DNA of 64,000 bases from Octopus sinensis (lineage: Eukaryota), in the NCBI RefSeq assembly GCF_006345805.1, contig NC_043025.1, positions 1,488,001-1,552,000 of the forward strand, given 5' to 3'. The translations under genes were made by a program, and so were the position numbers. Each line of letters opens with the position of its first letter. The stretch's first letter is position 1. Under the pieces are notes generated by a model that made no database searches, was not told where the DNA came from, and saw only the letters and a program-made list of their open reading frames with translations. This document shows positions 53,420 to 64,000 of the stretch, piece by piece.

Positions 53420-54894
53420 TATTTATACATACATACATACATACATACAAACACTCACACAAACATATATACACACGCACTCATGCAAATATAGACGAGC
53501 AAGGCCCTATACTTCACGTTGCTCCAGTCCACTCAGCCGTAAAATATCCACCCTGTCACGGAATAGCCTTCCAATGAGGGTGAGATGGTGGCTCCCTCTC
53601 GCATCCGGCGGAGTGGCAGCATTGGAAAGTCAAAACGACGCCAAGTACATTGTGGCCGAACGATGAATACAAACATTCGATTATCCGGTCAGTCACGTGA
53701 TCACGATCACAGGATGTAGATATATATATGCTTGGACATATGCAAATCGATATATGCGTGTCTGCATGTCTGCAGGAGTTCGATATTGTCTGCAGTGGTT
53801 AATTCCTACATCTTAAGCCTTCCATACGTCATAAATTTTCCTCGGCAAGGGAGATAATTCTTAATATATAACAATGAGAGTAGTTTCCCTTGACACCAAA
53901 ACTCGTCTTAGAATTCCGTTGTGTCTGGGGAGAGTCATTTTCTTCATAATTTCACAGACTCACCGGTAAAATCTCGACTGCGTTCCCTTTTGTTTGTTAG
54001 TGCGCATGTGGAGGCGCAATGGCCCAGTGGTTATGGCAGCGGACTCGCGGTCGGAGGATCGCGGTTTCGATTCCCGGACCGGGCGTTGTGTGTATTTATT
54101 GAGCGAAAACCCCTGAAAGCCCCACGAGGCTCCGGAAGAGGATGATGGAGACCCCTGTTGTACTCTTTCGCCAAACGGCGGTGCATCAGCATTAACTTGT
54201 CCGTCTCTGGGCTGAAGCTTGAAAATATGTGTAGGTGTGTGCCTATACATGTATGCATGTACGTGTGTTTGTATGTGTGTGTATGTATATATGTATGTGT
54301 CTGTGAGCATATTTGTATATGTATGCACCTCCGTCTCTTTGTGTATGCATGCGCGCGCGTATGTGTGTGTGGTGTGTGTGTGTGTGTGTTATGCAACTAT
54401 GGACCATGTTTGTATGTATGGATGTGCATCTTTATATGTGTGGATCCGTGTCTCCATCTGTGTCCGTTCTTGTAACCTAGGTGCCTATCGTCTTAGAATA
54501 TTTTCTTTTATCCAGAATAATTGTTCCGCTGGCTTCAATGCAAATGTATTTTGTGTATGTACGTGTGAAAGTGTGGGCATGTGTGCATACACATACATAC
54601 ATACACACACACATACGTACAGACATACATACATACATACATACATACATACATACATACATGCGTACGTACTACCTAACTACATACACACATACATACA
54701 TATATACATACATACATACATAGATACATATATATATATACATACATTCAAACATTCACACATACATCACATACATACATACATACATACATACATACAT
54801 ACATACATACATACATACATACATACATTCGCATTTACAGTGACAGACATCTGCCGTTGATCGTCTACCGACTTCCTAGCACACACACACACAC

Positions 54895-54933
<39 letters not shown>

Positions 54934-57173
54934 AACACGCACATATATTTATATTTATTATTTATATTTACTATTTTTGTTGTTGTCGTTGTAGCTGGTA
55001 CTCCGTCGGTGACGACGACTAGGTTTCCAGTTGATGCAATCCACAGAACAGCCTGTTGCTCGTGAAATTATCGTGCAAGTGGCTGAGTACTCCACAGACA
55101 CGTGTACTCTTAACGTAGTTCTCAAGAATTTTCAGCGTGACACAGAATTTGACAACGCTGGCCCCGTTTGTATTACAGGTACAATTCCTTTTTGTCAGCT
55201 GAGTGGACTGGGGCAATGTGAAATAAAGTGATTTCTCTTAGGGACACAACGCGTCACCATGTATCGAACTCTTGACCTTACGATGAGGTTGCTAATGAGA
55301 GAGAGAGAGAAAGAGAGAGAGAAGATGAGAAAGAGGAGAAAGAGTGAGAGAGAGGGAGAGAGTTACTAAAACTATCCTTCATTTTACTTGAAGATACTTG
55401 TCTGTTATTTCTAGCATACTGTGAGACCACTTAGAGGATAATACTTTACAGATGCTTCTTGACGTGCTCTTCGATTTTAGATGATAAATAATGCAGATTC
55501 AGGGCCACTTAGCCGTTCTTTCGAAGACCAAATGAGCAAAACGATCGCATGCATTTGGCGACTCGATTTGGCGTCCAGAGTCCTGCTCAGCAGAGCGACT
55601 ACACACAGGAATGTTTTTGAGTGTCGTCTGGGAAGCCACACGATCCACTTTACGAGACACGGTTCCACAGGATGTAGGGGCTATGCCGTACGAGGCAGCG
55701 ATTTTAGTCTTATCCTTCGACACAAGCGATCGACCACGCCTTCCACCGAGGCAACATCGTCTGCAGCAGTTAACCGTGACGATTGAGTGGAGGAACAAAC
55801 TCGATACATTGGCCAAGGAGCAAAGTCAAACGGCGGAGAAGACGGCTGCAACCTTCGGGTGAAGCTCCTTCTAAGAATAGTTCTTCGAGAAGTACACGCA
55901 TCCGTCTCCGTCTTTGCAGCCGACCCGAAACTTCGACCTTCTTTCCGCCATGATCAGAGTAATCACCAGCGTCGGCTTGTGTGTGTGTGTGTGTGTGTGT
56001 GTGTTGTGTGTGTGTGTGTATGTGTGTGTACGTGCGTGCGTGTGCGTGTGTGTGTGTGTGTATGTATGTGTGTGTCTGCGTGTGTGTGTGTGTGCGTGCG
56101 TGTGTGTGTACGTACGCCACTACAAGTGTGCACATATATGTATATATTTACTAGTAAACGTACGGGTGTGTCTGGTCGCCTGATGGCTGAATCTGCACCC
56201 CAGCGTGCTAGACATAAAACATACGCCAAACAGTCTCTCAAACGACATCTCCCTAGATCTTAAAGTAACCGTGATGACAGATCTTTACTGTCATAAACCG
56301 TAGGACTGTAAGAGTTTACGGCCTACGTGGATCAGGGTGAACGTGGGTGTCTACGTCTTTGTGAGGATTGTGTGCGTGTATTTGTGCCTGTGTACACACC
56401 ACCCCCTATTAGCATGTAATACCCCTCCCTCCCTTTAAACTTACTGTCTAATCCTTCTCTTACCTCCCTTTCTACTTCCTTGGCTCTCCCCTATCTCCTA
56501 TCTCTGTTTCTTTACAAATACTTTCTCTTGTATATTTTCTTTCCTTTCCAATAGTTTATACGTCTGCATTTACAATTCTTTACAATTATTGTTTATGAAT
56601 AGGATAAGGACAATCGTAGCAAAGTCGGATTCCCTAATGAAGCGGGCAAATAACATGATTGCTTGAACTAAATATTTTTGGTGAGAATTGATGTAACACA
56701 ATATGATGCGCAGCATCCCACACCCGCAGGGGTCAGTCGCGGGATGGGTGGAAACAATCATCATACAAAATAAAAACTAATACCAAATCCTTCTTCTGTT
56801 TCATTAATCGATTATTATCTCAACTAACTCTGTGGAATTCCTGAAGTAGATCCAACGGAAATATACCCCAAGTGCGGATGACACCAGGTAGCCCCAAACT
56901 GTGCCAGTGCTTTACTCAACACATCAACGCACTAATTGACATATACTCATTAGTACAATAATTACATATGTATATATATATGTGCGTATGTATGTATTTA
57001 TGAATCTATGCATGCATCACCTCGCTGCATTTCTTCCTTTGTCTCTCTCTCTATCTCCATTTGTCCCCTTATCTCTCCCTTTCTCCTACTCTTTCCCTCC
57101 TCTCTCTCTTTTTCTCTTTCTCCTACCTCATTATATAACACCGCCTAATCCGGTTTCTTTCTCAAATCATACT

Positions 57174-57207
<34 letters not shown>

Positions 57208-57281
57208 AGAAAGCATATACACCATTCTGCTTTTATCTCTCCCACGTTCTCTATTTTTGTCTCTCTGTGTCTGTCTCCGTC

Positions 57282-57320
<39 letters not shown>

Positions 57321-57779
57321 GCCATCCTATATATTATAGTTTTCTATCCTAGGCACAAGGCCCAAAATTTTGGGGAAGGGGGCCAGTCGATTAGATCGAC
57401 CCCAGTACGCCACTGGTACTTAATTTATCGATTCCGAAAGGATGAAAGGAAAAGTCAACTCGGCGGAATTTCTTTCTTAACTCTTTTTGTATTATCATAT
57501 TCTCTCCCCCTCCCCTCTCTCTCTCCCCCTCCCCTCTCTCTCTCCCCCTCCCCTCTCTCTCTCCCCCTCCTCTCTCTCTCCCCCTCCTCTCTCTCTCTCT
57601 CTATCATTCGACTTTTTCTCTTTCTCCTTTTCTCTCTGCCCCTCATCATATGTCTACCTTTATCATTCCGCGTCTCTCTTGCTACTCCTCTCGTCGCTTT
57701 CTTTCTCCCTAACTTACTGAACAAGTTCTGATCAAGAAGTAGCCGGACTATAACAAGAAAACTACAATGCGTACCAATC

Positions 57780-59790
57780 CGGTATTTCATTTCCTGCGAA
57801 GAGTTGTCCCCTTCTCAAGCCACACGTTTCATCCAACGTCCTTTCTATCTAGAACAAATTCGTGCTGTTTATTTGCCAATTGCTTCCTTTAATTGCTCTC
57901 TATCGACATACATAAGTTCCGCAGACTACTTGCCTGGAAATATATTACACGACAAACTGTCAGGAATTGTGTCAATGCTACATCATCCACCAACTCATTT
58001 CTGGATTTCTTTAGTACCCTTTCGAAAGTTCCCATAAAGCGTTCAGCTTGTCCGATCGACCTTGGATGATACGGAGGAATAGTCATATGTTCAATTGAGT
58101 ACATCTTGCAAAAATTCTTATATTCATTCACCGTAAATTCTGTACCGTTATCGGAGACGACGGATATACGGAACACCTGACTTAGCAAAACGTTCGTGTA
58201 AAAATTCCACTTTACCGTGGAGGTCGTTTCTCTACATTTAAACATTTCTGACCATTTTGTAAAGTTATCAACCACTATTAGATAATATGATCGGTTTAAC
58301 GGTCCTGCGGAATCTGTGCAACCTGGTCCATGGAATATCGGTCTTGGGCCAAGGTTGAAATTATATGTCTGGTGATTTCGCTGCAAGAGCAAACCCTTTG
58401 CAGGATTTTACCAACTTCTCAATATCTAGATACATTTTCGGCCGTAAACATAGCTCCTCATAAGCGTTTTCATCCTAGAAATTCTTAGATATCCAGTGTG
58501 GAAATCCTTTAACATTTGATTTTGTATTCAGACAGACATTACGGCCCTTTGTGCAATACATAAGCACCTTATCACACATCGAATACAGTTTCGAATCTGT
58601 GTTACGTCCAGCCACATTTTTTCTTGTTTCTTCTGATTTCACTATTTTGTCATTTTCACCATTAACTTGTCCGTCTCTATTTTAATTCTTATTTCTTTCA
58701 ATGTGACAGGCAATTCACGCACAACCTTACAAAATATACTTTGTTTTATTTCATTCTCGGCTCTTAACACCGCTATCAATGTGTCTTCTGACCTCGACAA
58801 ACCATCTGCATGTCCCAATTTTTTAGATGGAAAATACTCCATCTTGAAGTCATAATTCAGTAGGATCATTCCCCGCTGCAGCAGTCTGTTGGCTGTATGT
58901 GTGGGAATACACTTTTTTGACCCATAGATTGACAATAATTGGCAGTGGTCTGTCTGCAGACGGAATCGTCTTCCATGTATAAATTCATGGAACTTCTTTA
59001 CTGCAAATTTCATGGCTGATGTTTCTTTCTCTATTTGACTCTAACTTTTCTCAGCCGGAAATAAGGAACGCAAAGCACGAGCTACACCTTTCACGATACC
59101 ATCTTCATATTTGTGTAAAATTACAGCTCAAATACCAAATTTTACTAGCATTTGATGCCACTACCATTTCTAAATTCGGGTCAAAATGTGATAAAGACAA
59201 TTCTGACGTTAAGATGCTTTTAACTTGCTTAAAATCTTTTTGACATTTGTCCGACCAGTTCCACTTAAGTTAATCAGCGGTGCTCTCAAATCATGCATAT
59301 ACGCTATATGTACCGGGTAGTAATTTGCGAGCCCCACCCCAATGCTTGTAACGTTTTAATGTTTCTCGGGTGAGGCATATTCTATATTGCACTCGCCTTT
59401 CACGAGTCTGGTCTACGTCTATTTTTATCTAATATCTGCCCCAGATATTATATTCTTGGCATAAATGATTCACATTTTCATGAGTATATCGTCAAGGTAA
59501 TCTATATCGAAATCCGAACCTGCGAGAATTGTGTCCATAACGTGTTGGAAAATGCCTGGTGCTACGTTTATACCAAACGGAAGAAGTCAATTAAATTTAT
59601 ACAACACTTTATGGGTATTTATTGTCAATAATTTTGAACATTCCTCATCAACTTGTACCTGCAAATATGCTTCAGAGAAGTCCAACTTTGCGAAGATTTC
59701 CTCTGGATTTAGCGACGGATAATTACATGGCAACAAAAATTCGTTTAAACCTGTTGAAAAATCAGTGCAAACTCGTCAGTCCTTTTAAAA
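57780..59790 (-). mobile_element. Ty3/Gypsy pol remnant, mirror copy
   Basis: Reverse complement of 12870-14960 with an 87-bp deletion. Confidence 0.92.
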
Positions 59791-60164
59791 TATTTTTATT
59801 ATTATTGCCTTTGCACTGTTTCTAACGCTGGAGATGTACTACAGTGTCAGCTGTTAACTAGTGAACTAAGGTAACACACCTTATTTTTCTCAAGAACCTT
59901 CCGGAATATTCGAGCGATTCCAAGCAGTGCTGTTTTCTTCTGCAAGTGCCCCACCCTTATTGTAGCCTCTATTTGTTCCACGTACTTCTCAACATTTTAA
60001 CTCACTGTTCTCAGGGCTCCGACAATTATTGGTACTACTACCACCATTTTCATTGACCATATCTGCTTAACCTCCCAAGCTAACCTGTCATATATATCAC
60101 CTTTTCTTCTCTAGATCGATAGAAAAGTCCATCATCATCATTATTATCATCATTATTTTTATTA

Positions 60165-63100
60165 TTATTCTATGTTTGACTTTTGCTTTACATTTACACA
60201 AGCTGGCTCCAAGACTCACCCAGAGACCTCAAGAGACAAAAAGTTGGAAGTTCATGTTGGTGTTATGCCTAGGGTGCCATATATTTGGTTTTGTACTTAG
60301 TGTTGTACTAGTGAATGCCTAAAGAAATATACGAAAATTTTGTTTGTTTTAAAACTTGAGATTACATAGAAAATATTTTATGTAAGATATGAGCAGTTCC
60401 CATGAGCACTATCTTTTGAATTTCTGCCATTTTGGGGTTTTGTGGTATCTGAGAGAGGGAGCAATCATCCCCTTTTGCTATCATTCCCAGGGAACCTATG
60501 ACAACAGATATTGTTTTAGTCTTCAGGTTCCACATTTTGCTGATTTCTATTTCAAGATCTTTATATTTGCTCAGTTTCTGGTAGGTCTTGACAGATACGT
60601 TTATATCGATTGGCACAGTCATATCAATGAGGAGGCATGTTCTTTGTCTGAAGTCTTCCAATATGATGTCTGGCCTATTCGCATCTGTCTTTCTGTCAGT
60701 TTGAATGGTGAAGTTCCAGAGGAGTGAGATGTCATTTTCAAGCACTGGAGGTGGTTTGTGTTCCCACCAGTATTTTTTCATGGGGCAAATCCAGGTTTTT
60801 GCAAATTACCCAGTGAATATATTGTGCAGCTCTATCATACCTGTTGAGTTACTCTGTAGGCGCAAGAAGACTGCACTTGGAGACGACATGATCAATGGTT
60901 CCATTTTGTTGTTGACATACACGACATGTTGGGCTACTGCCGTTCTTTAATATGTTGGCCTGATAGTTCCTTGTAGGTAGTCATTGATCTTGAGCTGCTA
61001 TAATAAACCCTTCTGTTTCAGATTTTAAGCCAGAGGCCATTAGCCATTGATGGGTCAGGGCTTTGTCAACATCTGCATTATTCACTCTCTTTGGGTATTT
61101 GCCATAGAGAGGCTTTTCTTGCTATTTATCATTCTGAATATCTAAGACATCAGTTTTAGCACAGGTTTTCATGCGCTTAGCTTTTTCTGTGCTTGTTTCT
61201 TGTATGTCTATCTCTAATTCCGAAATGTGTTGTATTCGGAATTCACCTAGATATACCTTTGCCTGTTTTGTTACTGAGTTTGATGCTTTCTTGTTTTCAT
61301 TTTTGAGACAAGTTTTAACATCCAGTCCTCAGAGTTTTTCAGGTAGGTGTCTAGGCCAATTGTAGCAATCTTCATTGTTATTGCCAGTTGTAAAAGTCCA
61401 CGGCCTCCCTCTTTTCTTGGCAGATAAAGTCGTTCTGTATCTGCCTTAGGGTGGTGCATTCTATGCATTGTCAACAGTTTTCGTATTTTTCTCTCAAGAT
61501 TACATAATTCAGTAATTGACCAGTTAACAATATTGAAACTGTAAGTCACGACTGGTATGGCTAAAGCATTGATCGCTTCGATCCTGTTTCTTGCATTCAG
61601 CTCTGTCTTGAGTATTGCACTTACTCTGCGATAACAGTCTCTCCTGATCCTTTCCTTCATCACTGAATGCCTTATGTCATCCACTTTAATTAACCCTAGT
61701 TACTTGTAGCTCTCCGCTGGGTCTAAATATTTTATGACATTCTGCTGGTCGAGGTAAACGTTAGATGTTTCTGTCATTTTTCTGTTGATATAAGTAGCTT
61801 TTGCACATTTATCGAGGCCAAATTGCATTCTGATGTCATCGCTGAATTGGTTAACAATTGGTATTAAGCCCTTGAGTTGTTAGCCATTTTTTGCAAAGAA
61901 CTTTAAATCATCCATGTAAATGAGATGATTTATATTTTTATCCACCATTTTATATCCGTGCTGTGCGTCTTTGAGCAATTTTGAGAGAAGTATTAAGGCT
62001 AAACAAAAGAGGAGTGGTGATAGTGAGTCGCCCTGGAAAATGCCACCTGAAATTTTTACATCACCAGCATTTAGAGATTCATCGTTACTGTTCAAAGTTA
62101 GTGGTTCTCCATGATCTCATACTTACGGACAAAAGGTTTCGCAGAGTAGGCGCTATTTTGTACATTTCAAGGCATTTCTTTATCCAACTATGTGGTAGGC
62201 TATCAAAAACCTTTTTATAGTCTATCCAGGCTATTGATAAGTTTTTGTGTCGTTTGTGACAATCTTCTAATATCATCTTATTGATGAGTAGCTGATCTTT
62301 ACAACCATAGGATCCACGTTTACATCCTTTCTGTTCATTAGGGAATATGCTGCTGTCTATTACAAAACTATAGGTATATTCCGCCAGGACAGATGTTAGC
62401 GTTTTATACATAGTTGTTAAGCAGGTTATGGGTCTATAGTTTTTTGGTTCCTTTGTTTCTTCACTTTTTGGAAGCAGGAATGTTAACCCATTAACTAGCC
62501 AAGCAGGCATCCGACTACAGTGTTGCAAAACATCATTGTAAAGTTCTGTTAGCAGTTCATGGCTCTCTGGGAAAAGATTCAACCAGAAGTTAGAAATTTT
62601 ATCCTTTCCTGGAGACTTTCATTTGCTTGACCTCCTGAGAGCAGATCTTACATCTTCTACCTTGACACCCTCCCACTTTTGCTCCTCTAAGGAGTACAAG
62701 TCCGTAGCTATTCTATCAATCCAATGGGCCTTTTCGTTGTGTGTTTTTTCTTCTGCCCAAATTTTATTCCAAAAACCGTGTACTTCGTCTTTTGATGGTA
62801 CAGACTTTACAGTAACTGGTGTTTTCCCTATCTTCTTGTAAACATTTTTGGGGTTAATTTTGAACATGTTGTCCTTGACGAATCTAACACGCTTTTCATA
62901 CCTCGCTATGCGGGAAGCTCTAGCAGATACCTTTTGCTTGATGGTTTCTATGGTGGCATCAATATCAAGTATAGTTTTCATATATTTTTTCTTTAATTTT
63001 GGGGTTTTGTAGGTTTGGTAGTCTTGTCCACCTTAAGGTTTTTCAAACATTCAATGTCAGACCTAAGTAGTTTAATTTGAAGTTGGATACGCCCTTGCCA

Positions 63101-63384
63101 AGAAGGCTTTTTGTGGGAATGTTGCCGTTTTCTAATCTTTTCACGACATAGGATCGTTGAGATTTTCGCGGATGAATAGTACAGGTTGTTGAGATCTGTG
63201 ATCTCAACATCATTAGCTGAAATTATATCCTTAAGTGCAAGGCGGATTTTACCAATTATGTTCATGTTTTGGTTAGAGTTGCGGATTCTTGGGGGTGTAT
63301 CGCGTTCATCTATATTGGTTTCTTTAAGTTTCAGTCATTCAATCATGATTTGATTCTTTAGTTCACGTAGTTCAGTTGTGTCAA

Positions 63385-63433
<49 letters not shown>

Positions 63434-63914
63434 TTATATTATTATTATTATTCTTCTTCTTATTATTATTATTACTGTTGTTTTCAATGTTATCTTTCAA
63501 TTCTGTTTTAATTTTTTTTCGAGAGTCTTTCTGACACTTATCTCAGAGAAACGCACTGTATACATTGGTAGATCATTGACATAAACAAACCAGAATAGTC
63601 ATTTACAAAGTCACGTGAAAGGGAAGAAAGAAAGAAAGAGGAAAAGAGAAAAGAGAAAATAAGAAAAGTAAACTGTTGTGGTGAAAGACCTTAACACCCC
63701 TGTGTGTTTAAAAGATGGATTCGTCGGGATGTTTATCGTTGATGACGACAGAGGGCGTTTTGGAGTTTCTGTGAGCAGTAGTAGAAGTTGGTTGTCTGAA
63801 GACACTGCCTTACCTCTGCTGCGTTATATCATTTATCCAAACGTTTAAGGATATGAAAAAAATGGCGACGTGGTATTCGAAGTTTGCAAAGGACGTCAAA
63901 ATTGAAGGAAACAT
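60165..63914 (-). mobile_element. R4/Dong-like RLE LINE, longer decayed copy
   Basis: EQKGCKRGSYGCKDQL, WIDYKKVFDSLPH, QGDSLSP, YMDD, RPDIILED..IDMTVP, VVIGSLG; many stops and frameshifts. Confidence 0.92.
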
Positions 63915-64000
63915 ATTGCTCTTTTGTGCATGAGTATCGACCTGAAACAGGTAAGAAAAAAGAAAAACAAATGTCAAGACCCACTCTACGCTATGGATGC

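Larger units (their letters stand above)
41640..62046. repeat. Right arm of ~20 kb inverted duplication
   Basis: Begins at the first base after the N gap (41640 pairs with 30376). The outer end lies inside the R4-like LINE (62046 pairs with 10141). Confidence 0.95.

Overview
Eukaryotic, very AT-rich, microsatellite-dense genomic DNA. The tRNA-derived SINE repertoire looks like that of Octopus (an inference from recalled repeat families, not a database result). About 90% is TE debris: mariner, Gypsy, R4/Dong-like, Hero/NeSL-like, RTE, CR1-like, a non-autonomous Helitron, Penelope-like remnants and SINEs. The dominant structure is a ~20 kb inverted duplication (~10,141-30,376 mirrored by ~41,640-62,046) whose right arm starts directly after a 100-N gap, so it may be a real palindrome or an uncollapsed second haplotype. 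One host gene is recoverable only by splicing, and the ORF track shows only its last exon. It is a minus-strand gene with two tandemly duplicated 54-nt phase-1 micro-exons (40,774-40,721; 37,935-37,882), a 72-nt exon (34,341-34,270) and a terminal exon (29,223-29,021). These splice in frame to 18-aa repeats followed by a C-terminal death domain. The micro-exons sit in a ~2.84 kb tandem array that runs into the gap. A second copy of the terminal exon (42,797-42,999, +) differs at 3 non-synonymous sites only. Several hammerhead ribozyme motifs and long fold-back hairpins lie next to (TA)n tracts.
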